DNA of 55,634 bases from an uncultured Bacilli bacterium (GCA_934215405.1 CAKPZU010000002.1:1-55634); one strand, 5' to 3'. Positions 10,501 through 18,806 are shown, numbered from the stretch's first letter. The notes: generated from the sequence alone by a model not told the origin. Program-made: numbers and translations.

Positions 10501-10684
10501 TAGCAGCAGCATTAGTAAATGTTAAAACTAAAAGCTGATTAGCTTTAGTGCCTTCATTCAATATTCTTTTAATTCTTTCAGTTAAAACAGCTGTTTTTCC
10601 ACTTCCAGCTCCGGCAGAAACAATAATATTTTCACCACTTGAAAAAATAGCTTCCTTTTGCTCACGAGAATATTCAAAGCCCAT
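7583..10684 (-). CDS. addA: ATP-dependent helicase/nuclease subunit A (AddA/RexA)
   Basis: UvrD-type Walker A AGAGSGKTA, motif II VDEYQDTN and the C-terminal RecB-type nuclease GIIDLM...IIDYK. The start overlaps the addB stop. Confidence 0.9.
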   Translation of the reverse strand: MGFEYSREQKEAIFSSGENIIVSAGAGSGKTAVLTERIKRILNEGTKANQLLVLTFTNAAASEMKERIVKKMLQDENLKNRISEVDNAYITTFDSFSLAIVKKYHIKMNLSANVSIVDDCLLNVKKNEILDNIFNEYYSINDINFNRLIKELTNKNDTTLKEEILKIASKIDLKTNRDEFLNSYLANYFNDDYYNKIYNEYMDLLYEKLDFIKENLILIKNLDEDKFLKIYTKLQELLDSKSYEMISANCNIQFPILKNLEENIKILKDTIKDTLDELKELCIYKDSKQIKECYFNSYDYVLILIDILKKYFKQIDEYKLKYEMFEFIDIAKMAIKVVRDNKSIQNELKNTFKEILVDEYQDTNDIQEEFISYISNNNVYMVGDVKQSIYGFRNANPLIFKEKYDLYSKHINGKKIDLNNNFRSNRVVLKTINDIFDHIMDDAIGNANFKESHRMHFGLLDYEKKSNENKITFIQYLKNKDLYKSKDVDMFYVAKDILYKINNKEQVYDKDSKEFRDCTYKDFAILMSDSSLFDSLEKLLSYNHIPCLVFKNVEVGSGEIIILLKNIVNLIVLDYSKIYDESFKHSFLSVARSFIMSYSDGEIFDYLSLNTFKESQLYNIIHKLSKEICIKPFVNVFEEILDEFNIYEKLITIGNVKQNITRIEYLLNLISSFEKLDLTIFDFNSYIDSIYKNNDKMEFQSSGLTSNKVKIMTIHKSKGLEFPIVYFINNDKEFNKSEYKDKLIYDNKYGFIAPFYLNGEGKNINFLLMKENNKVSMISEKIRLLYVALTRAREQMIVLNQLTGKEYALDDEIFSIAYRKKYNSFKAIYASLNNVLKDNIKEIDPLTLNINDDYLKASSANYNDYFKKIDSKIVNKTNINNSHEITLAHASKDEVALIEESIKEIMEKGIAYHELFEGVDFKNYDASLYNKNENKLITSFLNQDINKNIKNANIYKEYEFIYLDDNKQIHGIIDLMLEYDTYINIIDYKLSHTEDEAYIKQLNSYKKYIEGKSNKKVNIYLYSILKNEIIRLK

Positions 10685-13026
10685 TATTTATCACCTTGCT
10701 TTTCTTCATGTAAATATACATAATCCTTAAACGATACAAAGCAGCAATCCTTAAAATCACAAAACTTACAGCTTTCATTATTATTATTTAATATTTTTGG
10801 ATTTATAGTAAAATTACAATTAGTAATATTAATTAAAGCATTTTTAATTAATTCTTCAACCTGAATGGTTATTTCATCCATTTGCTTTGTTGATAAAACC
10901 TTACTAAATCTATTAAATTCTTGCTTTGCTGTTAGCTTCATGCCTTTAATCATTGTTGAATTACTAAATGCCGGATCAAAATGTGATAATATTTCAAATG
11001 ATGAATTACTATAGCCTTGTAAGGCTATACTATCACTTAAATATTTTAAATAATCATCACCATAGCTTAATTGCTTTGGCATTATTTTTTGAATGTAAAA
11101 TCCACAAACTACAACATTTTTAAAGGATGCCGCATGCTTTAATAAATAAAGATAGATTGGTAGCTGCATTGATAAACCAAATTTTATCTTATTAACATCT
11201 ACTTCAACATCGCCAGTTTTATAATCAATAATAGCAACATATGTTTTATCATCTTTTATTTCATATAAAATTTTATCTAAATAGCCCTTAAAAATAATAG
11301 GAATTGGCTCTTCATATTTTACTATTATTTCTTTTTCTGTTAATGCTTTTTTTAATTCACTATTTTCACCATTTTTATGAATTAAATCAACAACATCACT
11401 CATTAAATCCTTATATTTATTTAAATAAAACAAGGTTTTATTATCACTAATATCCTTTATTTGATTATTAAATTCATTTTCATAATTAAAATCATTTTTA
11501 TATGATTTTTCAAGCAATGAATGATAAATACTACCAATATCGGTAGCAATAGTTTTATCATTTACTTTTATTTTCAATAAATTTTCTAAATAATACTTAA
11601 AATTACATAAAAAGTAATTACTAATTGATGAATAAGAAAGCTTTATTTGATTTTTAATAATAAAGTCTTTTATTTTACTTGAAGAAAAAGGCTTAAACTT
11701 ATTTGAATAGCTTTTATAATCTATTTGATAATTACTATATAATGCTAATATATTTTCTTCATTTTCTTCTTTATAGGTTTTATCATATACATCTGCTAAA
11801 AATAGCTTATCAACAAGAGATGAATAAGTAATATGGTAATCCTTATTATAAATATTATCCTTAATATTTAATTCATCAATAACAAAGGACTTAACATATT
11901 CCTTAAATGGTGATTTTATTTTATAGGAAAGAATAATATTACTACTTTTCTTTAATAATATTTCAAATTTCTTTTTTGATAAAATGTTTTTATCATCACT
12001 AGTTGAAATATTTAGTTCTTCCTTTTCATTATCAGTTAAGAAGTCTTCATTCTTAAATGTTTTAGGATAAACTCCTTGATTTATAGATAAGACAAAAAGA
12101 TATTCATCAGCATTTAAATGAATATTATCAAGATTTACTATTTCAATAACATTTTCATATTTTTTATTAGCTAAATAAGTATTCTTTAAAATATAAATAA
12201 GTAAATCAATGTTATTTATAATATCAACATCAACTAAGGAATTTAAAGCACCTATAAGTGCTTTATAAATATCCTTTTCATTACTTAATGCTTTTAATGA
12301 TTCTTCAATATTTTTATTAATAGCTAAGCTATTAACAAAATCCTTTATGCATTTTAAAGAATAAAGAGCAGTTTTTTCTTTAAAATCAATTGCTAAATTA
12401 TACATTTTCGCAAACCTTTTAAAGGTAAATAAATAATCATTATCTACATTAGCTATTTTGATTTTATTTATATCTATATTATTAAGCATTGAAGATATTT
12501 TATAGCATGTATTATCAACTTCATCCTCTAATGTTTCATATTTATATATACACACATTATTTGAAGCATTATAATCCTCTTTGATTATTTGATAATCATT
12601 ATTTAATAAGCTTAGTAATCTTTTTAATTCTTTATTTATAACATCAAAGCCATAAACAATTATCTTTTTATTTCTTAAAATATTTTTAAAATGATTATCA
12701 ATGATTAATAAATCATTTTCTAATAATTCCTTTTTTAAGCATACTAACTCGTTTAATTTATCACTTTTATATGCTTTATCATCAACATAATACATAGCAT
12801 TTATATATTCAATAGCATTAGCTACACTAATATTTAGCTTGTTTTTCAAATATACTATAGCTTTATAATCATAATCAAAAAGAAGTGATACCTTAAGCTC
12901 ATTTTCTGTGATTATTTTATATGAATACATTTTATCAACTAAAGATATTTCTTTTACTATTTCATCCTTTATATTATTTGGAGAAACAATTATTAAATCA
13001 TTACATAAATAGTCAATTATTTTCAT
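10684..13026 (-). CDS. addB: helicase-nuclease subunit B (AddB/RexB), short form
   Basis: It has the nuclease motif GYLDKI...AIIDYKTG and Fe-S cysteines CNFKYY ... CKFCDFKDCC. No GK[ST] Walker A was seen. It lies immediately upstream of addA. Confidence 0.82.
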   Translation of the reverse strand: MKIIDYLCNDLIIVSPNNIKDEIVKEISLVDKMYSYKIITENELKVSLLFDYDYKAIVYLKNKLNISVANAIEYINAMYYVDDKAYKSDKLNELVCLKKELLENDLLIIDNHFKNILRNKKIIVYGFDVINKELKRLLSLLNNDYQIIKEDYNASNNVCIYKYETLEDEVDNTCYKISSMLNNIDINKIKIANVDNDYLFTFKRFAKMYNLAIDFKEKTALYSLKCIKDFVNSLAINKNIEESLKALSNEKDIYKALIGALNSLVDVDIINNIDLLIYILKNTYLANKKYENVIEIVNLDNIHLNADEYLFVLSINQGVYPKTFKNEDFLTDNEKEELNISTSDDKNILSKKKFEILLKKSSNIILSYKIKSPFKEYVKSFVIDELNIKDNIYNKDYHITYSSLVDKLFLADVYDKTYKEENEENILALYSNYQIDYKSYSNKFKPFSSSKIKDFIIKNQIKLSYSSISNYFLCNFKYYLENLLKIKVNDKTIATDIGSIYHSLLEKSYKNDFNYENEFNNQIKDISDNKTLFYLNKYKDLMSDVVDLIHKNGENSELKKALTEKEIIVKYEEPIPIIFKGYLDKILYEIKDDKTYVAIIDYKTGDVEVDVNKIKFGLSMQLPIYLYLLKHAASFKNVVVCGFYIQKIMPKQLSYGDDYLKYLSDSIALQGYSNSSFEILSHFDPAFSNSTMIKGMKLTAKQEFNRFSKVLSTKQMDEITIQVEELIKNALINITNCNFTINPKILNNNNESCKFCDFKDCCFVSFKDYVYLHEEKQGDK

Positions 13027-13438
13027 AAACTACCTCTTTAATCAAAGAAATTATTTCTTCATTATTTTTTAATCTTATTGGTTGATTTAGCTGCATTTGG
13101 TTACATCTTGTTTTAACATTTTGAAATTTCTTATTATCATTAATTTTACAATATATTGGTGTCATTGGCTTTATTAAGGATAAATAATCATTGGTTAAAA
13201 CAATTATAATTGGTAATAAAAAAGAAATATTTTCATTTATTAAAAGATATTTATCTTTTCTTAAATATGCTTTTAATAATTTATCATATGATTTATCAAT
13301 TGATGTAATAATTTCAACATTATCAAATAGCTTTGCTACTTCGTTTAATAGCAAATCATCAGTTATTTGAATAACCTTAAAGGTTAATTGAAAGTTTTCC
13401 TTTTCATTTAGTTTGTTTAATATTTCTTGCTCATTCAT
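13013..13438 (-). CDS. hypothetical protein, first gene of the addBA operon
   Basis: 141-aa ORF overlapping the addB start by 14 nt. No motif recognised. Confidence 0.4.
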   Translation of the reverse strand: MNEQEILNKLNEKENFQLTFKVIQITDDLLLNEVAKLFDNVEIITSIDKSYDKLLKAYLRKDKYLLINENISFLLPIIIVLTNDYLSLIKPMTPIYCKINDNKKFQNVKTRCNQMQLNQPIRLKNNEEIISLIKEVVYENN

Positions 13439-13502
13439 ACACTAGCTATACCTTTCATATATATTTTACAACATTCTAAACTTTTAAGGAATAAAATGTA
13501 TG

Positions 13503-13539
13503 AAAAATAAAAGGAAGTAGGTTTAATATTTCTACTTCC
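13503..13539 (-). terminator. rho-independent terminator of the pilin-like gene
   Basis: The minus strand reads GGAAGTAG-aaatattaaac-CTACTTCC followed by TTTTATTTTT. It lies 20 nt after the stop at 13559. Confidence 0.7.
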
Positions 13540-13558
13540 AATTTAATGATATATAAAA

Positions 13559-15328
13559 TTAATTTTCAGAAACTGTTACTGCACTTTCTATATGACCAAT
13601 ATTCTTTGCTGCAGTTGTAGTCAAATTATCGTACTTATTTCTTAAGCATTCACCTTGTGAAGAAGTATCATCACCATTAAAGTTTCCTACAATCCTACCA
13701 ATAACTTCACTCTTCCCTTGCATTATGTTTTCAATCTTAATTATTACATTATTTAATTTATTATCATTAACTTTGCGTACTCCAGTTTTAACTTCTGAAC
13801 AAATATAGCCAACTATACCACCAGTTTTATATTGTCCTGAAACAGTAGTATTAGTAATCTTACAATTTTCAATTGAACCATAAGCATAACCAATAACTGC
13901 ACCAGTATATTTTCCACCAACAACCTGGCAATTATTAATTGTAATATTTGATGTATTGCTACTGCTACTGCCTGCTAAAATACCAGCTGCTACATTTTCC
14001 CTTGACTCACTTTCAATGCAATTAGTTGTTACTATAATATTGTCTAATGTTATATTTCTTACATTAGTAAAGTATCCAATATGAGAAAACAATCCAATTT
14101 CTTTACTTGTAAAGTCTGTTATTTTTACATTTTTAATAGTATGATTTTGGCCATCAAATAATCCTCCAAACGAGCTCATTCCTTTTTCAAGAATTGCATT
14201 ATTTAAATCAATATCAGCATCTAACAATACTTTTACACTATGACCACCATACACTCCATTGCTATACCAAAAACTTGTAAAATCTTGTCCAGTCGTTTTA
14301 TCAGTATCTGCACTTAAGGCATTTTGTGCATTTAAGACATAACCATAATATAATAAAGCAACTTCATCCTTTAAAGTAATTTGATAATTTGTCTTATCAA
14401 TAACAAATCCTTCTGGAACACGAGTAGCATCTGAAGGGTATTTTTTAGCTTCATTTAAGGCATCTATAATAGTTGCTGATTTACTTACTGGACTTGTACC
14501 AATTACAGTTGTTGCTTGTGAATATTTTTCTTCAACTACTACTTCACATACTTTCTTTGAAACATCAATTGTTACATTCTTATTTTCGTCTGGTTGTGCT
14601 GCAATTGATACAACAACTGCAGAAGATTCATTTACTACCTTTCCTGATTTTACAACAATTTGTCTAGCACTACCATATTCATGATATTCTTTACCAATTG
14701 AATTTACATTAACAGTATTTGCATTACCGAAATGTAAAATAGTATCATTACTATCATTAATTGTTAATACACCACCATTAGTACGAATAATAGTGTCATT
14801 TAAGATATCATCATTAATGTAGCTTATTGTATCAATTTTTGTATTATTTCCTACATCAATACCAACCTTTAAGTCTTCAATATTTGAAGAATAAAAAGAG
14901 CCTTTTAAATACATAGAATTTACTGAATCTTTATCATAAGAATCAACGAATCTCCAGTTTTTATATTCATCAGTATTCTTTTCTCCAAATACCACATCCT
15001 TATTTTCATCAAGTAAAACAAATTGATTTGTTTCTTGATTCCAAATAATTTCATAGTCATTAGTTGTTGGAGTTAACTTTTCAACATCATATCCAGCTGC
15101 TTCAGTTACCTTTAAAGCATCAGTTGGGCACTTAACACTTTCATTTAGTATTTCATCTGCTTTTAATAAGGTATTTAATTGTGATACTAATGCTGTATCA
15201 TTTGATACTCTTGCTTTCTTAGTAAAACTATTATAACCAACAATTGATACTGTTGCTAAAATTGCTAGAATTGCAATTACAACTAATAGTTCAACTAATG
15301 TAAAAGCCTTTTTAATTTTCTTTTTCAT
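13559..15328 (-). CDS. prepilin-type N-terminal cleavage/methylation domain protein with large GLUG-motif C-terminal domain
   Basis: The N-terminus MKKKIKKAFTLVELLVVIAILAILA is a class III signal peptide with Glu+5. The C-terminal third has repeated G-rich beta-helix-like units (IGLFSHIG, AAGILAG, GAVIGYAYG, TGGIVGY), typical of GLUG motifs. Confidence 0.75.
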   Translation of the reverse strand: MKKKIKKAFTLVELLVVIAILAILATVSIVGYNSFTKKARVSNDTALVSQLNTLLKADEILNESVKCPTDALKVTEAAGYDVEKLTPTTNDYEIIWNQETNQFVLLDENKDVVFGEKNTDEYKNWRFVDSYDKDSVNSMYLKGSFYSSNIEDLKVGIDVGNNTKIDTISYINDDILNDTIIRTNGGVLTINDSNDTILHFGNANTVNVNSIGKEYHEYGSARQIVVKSGKVVNESSAVVVSIAAQPDENKNVTIDVSKKVCEVVVEEKYSQATTVIGTSPVSKSATIIDALNEAKKYPSDATRVPEGFVIDKTNYQITLKDEVALLYYGYVLNAQNALSADTDKTTGQDFTSFWYSNGVYGGHSVKVLLDADIDLNNAILEKGMSSFGGLFDGQNHTIKNVKITDFTSKEIGLFSHIGYFTNVRNITLDNIIVTTNCIESESRENVAAGILAGSSSSNTSNITINNCQVVGGKYTGAVIGYAYGSIENCKITNTTVSGQYKTGGIVGYICSEVKTGVRKVNDNKLNNVIIKIENIMQGKSEVIGRIVGNFNGDDTSSQGECLRNKYDNLTTTAAKNIGHIESAVTVSEN

Positions 15329-15415
15329 AATTTTATTATTTCCTTTCTTTTATACTTACTTAAAAGGAATAAATTATTATTAATTTATAACTCGTTATTA
15401 CTTTTAAGCGTATTC

Positions 15416-15453
15416 ATTATACCCCCCCCCGTATAAAATCAAGTGCTTGTCAA
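15416..15453 (-). promoter_or_regulatory. candidate promoter of the pilin-like gene with poly-G in the spacer
   Basis: The minus strand reads TTGACAagcacTTGATTttatacGGGGGGGGGTATAATg. The perfect -10 is at 15416-15421. TTGATT (15437-15442) gives a 15-nt spacer and TTGACA (15448-15453) gives a 26-nt spacer. Confidence 0.5.
15422..15430. repeat. C9/G9 homopolymer, the only long G/C run in the window
   Basis: Read directly as a ccccccccc g at 15421-15431. Confidence 0.98.
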
Positions 15454-15489
15454 AAGTCGTCGTCTAAATGTAAATTCGATTTTTGTAAA

Positions 15490-15529
15490 TTGCAAAAAAT
15501 GCAAATACTGTTTTTTAATATTTGCATTT
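15490..15529 (-). terminator. rho-independent terminator of the AAA_14/DUF4143 ATPase gene
   Basis: The 11-bp stem aaatgcaaata (15497-15507) pairs with tatttgcattt (15519-15529). On the minus strand it is followed by TTTGCA. It lies 7 nt after the stop. Confidence 0.6.
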
Positions 15530-15535
15530 TCCCTT

Positions 15536-16846
15536 TTATAAGCTTACTAAATCATCAGCATTTAAGAAATTATACACATCTACTATTCTAATTCCTGTTG
15601 ATGTCGTTCTATTAAGTAAACCATCTTTAACAATTAGTATCTTTTTAAATGAATCATTAATCTTATTAAGCGATTTTATTTCTCTATTAAAAGTATCTTC
15701 ATCAAAGGAATTTAAACATACTTGAATATAATATTTATCGAATTCTTTTTCGGCAATGAAATCAATTTCAGAATCAATTTTAATTAATTCATTATTTTTA
15801 TTCTTTTCAGAATATGACAAGCGACCAACGCTTACATTATATCCTTTATATCTTAAGTCATTAAAAATTATATTTTCAAGTATGTGCCCAGCATCATTTC
15901 CATATGATTGTAAAATAGCATTTCTAATTCCTATATCTTCAAAATAAACCTTGTAAGGTGAATTGATATATTTTTTTCCTTTAATACTATAAACTTGGGC
16001 AATTTTCGTAACAAATGAATTTTCAAAGCATTTTATATAAGATGTTAATGTTTCATCACATATTGATTTATTTTTTACGCTTTTAAAAGTATTAACAAGC
16101 TTTGTTGGACTTATTGTTGAACCAATTGAAGAAGCTAAAAATTTAAATAAATCCTCTAAATCAGATACATTTCTTATTCCATATCTATCAACAATATCCT
16201 TAAGATATATTTCATTAGTAATTGATTTTAACTGTTCAAGCTTTTCTTCATTATTGTTAAACAAGGCAACAAGTGGGATTCCCCCATATGCAAAGTATAA
16301 CGAATAAGCTTCATCATTTGTTAAGCTACTATTTTCATTAAATTCCTTAAATGATAAAGGCATTACATGTATCACACTTCCTCTTCCTCTAAATTTTGTA
16401 TCAATATCAGTTGAAAGAAGCTCAGAGTTAGAGCCAGTAACATAAACATCTAAATTTTCTTTTCCAACATAAGAATTTAATGTACTAATAAAATCCTCTA
16501 AAATCTGTATTTCATCTAATAAAAGAATATATTCTTTATCATCAATAATACAATCATTTATGTATGCTCTAAATTTTTTTGAATTAATATAATATTTATC
16601 CTTTTTATAATATATTCTTGTTTGTAATTCGGGATAGTATTTATCTAATTTATCTTGATCATCGGCATTATCAAAAGCAAATTTTATTATATGATTTTTA
16701 TCAAAGCCATTATTTAATAATGAATTATAAAAAATATTATTCATTAAAAAAGATTTTCCAACTCTTCTTGCGCCAGTTATAATCTTTATTAAATGATTGT
16801 TTCTTCTTTGAAGCATTCTATTTAAATATTTTTCTCTTGAAAACAT
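15536..16846 (-). CDS. AAA+ ATPase of the AAA_14/DUF4143 (COG1373-like) family
   Basis: Walker A GARRVGKS and Walker B ILLLDEIQ. The C-terminal EIDFIAE...YYIQVC is a nuclease-fold-like segment. The start is chosen at the ATG preceded by GGTGG. The ORF is also open to 16858, but that start has no RBS. Confidence 0.8.
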   Translation of the reverse strand: MFSREKYLNRMLQRRNNHLIKIITGARRVGKSFLMNNIFYNSLLNNGFDKNHIIKFAFDNADDQDKLDKYYPELQTRIYYKKDKYYINSKKFRAYINDCIIDDKEYILLLDEIQILEDFISTLNSYVGKENLDVYVTGSNSELLSTDIDTKFRGRGSVIHVMPLSFKEFNENSSLTNDEAYSLYFAYGGIPLVALFNNNEEKLEQLKSITNEIYLKDIVDRYGIRNVSDLEDLFKFLASSIGSTISPTKLVNTFKSVKNKSICDETLTSYIKCFENSFVTKIAQVYSIKGKKYINSPYKVYFEDIGIRNAILQSYGNDAGHILENIIFNDLRYKGYNVSVGRLSYSEKNKNNELIKIDSEIDFIAEKEFDKYYIQVCLNSFDEDTFNREIKSLNKINDSFKKILIVKDGLLNRTTSTGIRIVDVYNFLNADDLVSL

Positions 16847-16876
16847 TTTACCACCCATCCGGAAAAATTTGTTTAG

Positions 16877-16894
16877 TTTTATTATTTCCGATTA
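16877..16894. repeat. promoter-proximal copy of an 18-bp direct repeat (ttttattatttccgatta)
   Basis: Identical to 16943-16960. It begins 2 nt downstream of the -10 hexamer of the ATPase promoter on the minus strand. Confidence 0.9.
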
Positions 16895-16895
16895 C

Positions 16896-16924
16896 ATTAT
16901 ATAATATTTTTATATGATTGTAAA
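16896..16924 (-). promoter_or_regulatory. sigma-70-type promoter TTTACA-N17-TATAAT for the ATPase gene
   Basis: The minus strand reads tttaca atcatataaaaatatta tataat, with -10 at 16896-16901 and -35 at 16919-16924. Confidence 0.55.
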
Positions 16925-16942
16925 TCTAAAATATTGTATTAC

Positions 16943-16960
16943 TTTTATTATTTCCGATTA
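16943..16960. repeat. promoter-distal copy of the 18-bp direct repeat
   Basis: An exact 18/18 match to 16877-16894, with 66 bp centre-to-centre spacing. It lies 18 nt upstream of the -35. Confidence 0.9.
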
Positions 16961-16974
16961 GAAGTCTTTTTTAC

Positions 16975-17008
16975 AAGCAAAAGACCTCTTGCTTATTCTT
17001 ACAAGAGG
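16975..17008 (-). terminator. possible terminator of the DUF378 gene
   Basis: The minus strand reads CCTCTTG-taagaataag-CAAGAGG followed by TCTTTTGCTT. Confidence 0.45.
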
Positions 17009-17040
17009 CACTAGTTAATTATTATCAATTTATAAAAATC

Positions 17041-17265
17041 CTAATCTACTTTTTCTTTTATTACTTTTGGTGTATCTAAGTCAATAAAATAAATTACTAT
17101 ATTTATTAATCCAGCAATAGCAACAACTGTATATATAATTCTCGACATAATTGAATTAACTCCAAATATATAATCTACTAAATTAAAATTAAATATTCCA
17201 ACTAGCCCCCAGTTAATTGCACCAATTATTGTAAATGTTAAAGCAATTTTTTGTATTACATTCAT
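17041..17265 (-). CDS. DUF378 family small membrane protein
   Basis: 74 aa with two TM helices and the characteristic IGAINWGLVG motif. Confidence 0.72.
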   Translation of the reverse strand: MNVIQKIALTFTIIGAINWGLVGIFNFNLVDYIFGVNSIMSRIIYTVVAIAGLINIVIYFIDLDTPKVIKEKVD

Positions 17266-17375
17266 TTTTTTGCCTCCTTGATAATTATTTTAACCAATAT
17301 AAATATTTTTATTCTATTTTGTCATATCTAATTATTTTTATTCATAAATTATCTTGAAAGAGAAAAGGTGAATAT

Positions 17376-18437
17376 ATGAAAAGTAAATTTATGGAAGGAA
17401 AAACTGGAAAATGGATTAAACGAATTGTTGTTATTTTAATTGTTGTTGGACTATTAGCATTTGGAGCTTATAAGCTATTTTTAAATAAATCTTATAATGT
17501 TGAGAAAACTGCTAAGGAAACCTTAGATAACTTAACTAGTTACTACATGGAAGCTAACATGGAATTCTTTAAAGGCGAAGATAGTCGAAAGTATGACATT
17601 AAAATTTCTTATCAAAAAGGAACAGATACTGACTTATATAAGGTTTCTATGTATGACAAAGCAGCTTTACAAGAGCAAATGATTATTAAAAATAGTGATG
17701 GTGTATTTGTATTAACTCCGGCATTAAATCAAGTATATAGATTTAAAGGCGATTGGCCACTTAATGGTCATAAGCCATATTTATATCAATCAATGATTGA
17801 AACAATGCAACAAAATTGTGACATTTCAAAAATTGATGAAGGATACTTAATTGTTTCAACTCCTGATTTTAAAAACATGCCTTCATGGTCAAGGCAAGAA
17901 ATGAAGCTAACTAAGGAATATAAACCAGAATGGGTTCATATTTATGATACAAATAATGATCCTGCTGTTAAAATAAGCTTTAATAAGGTTGAATTCAATC
18001 CAAGCTTTGCAACTAACTACTTTAATGTTGATAGTAACATGGAAGAAGCTAAAAAGAACTTAACAGCGCCTTCATCTTCAACAGTTTATGAGCTACCATG
18101 CTACCCGACAAATGCTGATGTTGATTCTATAATTAAAGAAGTAAGTAACATTGTTGTTGATAATGTAAACCAAACAATGCTAACATACTCAGGAAAGCAA
18201 AGCTTTACAATTCTTGAATCATTAAGTAAGGCTAATAAAGAAGTAGTAGTTAGTGAAATTAATGGTGAAATCGTAGACATTTATGGAATATGTGGTTATG
18301 TTACTAAAAATGGTAATATTAATAAATTACACTTCACTATGAATGGAATTAACTACGAAATCTGGTCTAATACTGAAAGTGTAGCAACATTAATTGAAGT
18401 TGCTTCTGGAATGGAAAACGGAGCAGAAGTAAAGTAA
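17376..18437 (+). CDS. membrane-anchored LolA-like / DUF4367-type envelope protein
   Basis: N-terminal TM anchor and a LolA-like middle region. The C-terminal segment (FTILES...GEIVDIYG...LHFTMNGINYEIWSN...LIEVASGM) resembles DUF4367. Confidence 0.5.
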   Translation: MKSKFMEGKTGKWIKRIVVILIVVGLLAFGAYKLFLNKSYNVEKTAKETLDNLTSYYMEANMEFFKGEDSRKYDIKISYQKGTDTDLYKVSMYDKAALQEQMIIKNSDGVFVLTPALNQVYRFKGDWPLNGHKPYLYQSMIETMQQNCDISKIDEGYLIVSTPDFKNMPSWSRQEMKLTKEYKPEWVHIYDTNNDPAVKISFNKVEFNPSFATNYFNVDSNMEEAKKNLTAPSSSTVYELPCYPTNADVDSIIKEVSNIVVDNVNQTMLTYSGKQSFTILESLSKANKEVVVSEINGEIVDIYGICGYVTKNGNINKLHFTMNGINYEIWSNTESVATLIEVASGMENGAEVK

Positions 18438-18775
18438 TATTTAAAATTAATAGATGACGGGCTTAATTCATATAAATAGCCTGTCATTTTTATTTTTCTT
18501 GAATCATCGTTAATAATTATTTGATGATCAGTGTAGCTAGCATTGTAATCAATCTTATTAATATTATTTTTTATTTTATTATCTATTTCAACTAATAAAG
18601 GAGAATAACAGTATTGCTTATAGAATGCTATTAATTCTCCTTTTATTCTATTTGCTTTAACTATACTTGAGGTATATATCGTATAAGTAATATCCTTTTT
18701 ACTATTAATATTTAATGGTATAAATCCCATTAAAATACTTCCAAGTCCAACTATTATTGATATTTTTTTATGCAT
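18353..18775 (-). CDS. hypothetical exported or membrane protein
   Basis: 140-aa ORF with an N-terminal hydrophobic segment, 31 nt downstream of the ClpC-like gene. Its last 85 nt overlap the convergent 17376-18437 gene, so the true 3' end or the coding status is uncertain. Confidence 0.35.
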   Translation of the reverse strand: MHKKISIIVGLGSILMGFIPLNINSKKDITYTIYTSSIVKANRIKGELIAFYKQYCYSPLLVEIDNKIKNNINKIDYNASYTDHQIIINDDSRKIKMTGYLYELSPSSINFKYYFTSAPFSIPEATSINVATLSVLDQIS

Positions 18776-18806
18776 ATATAATCACCCAATTTTAGTATTG
18801 GCATAA

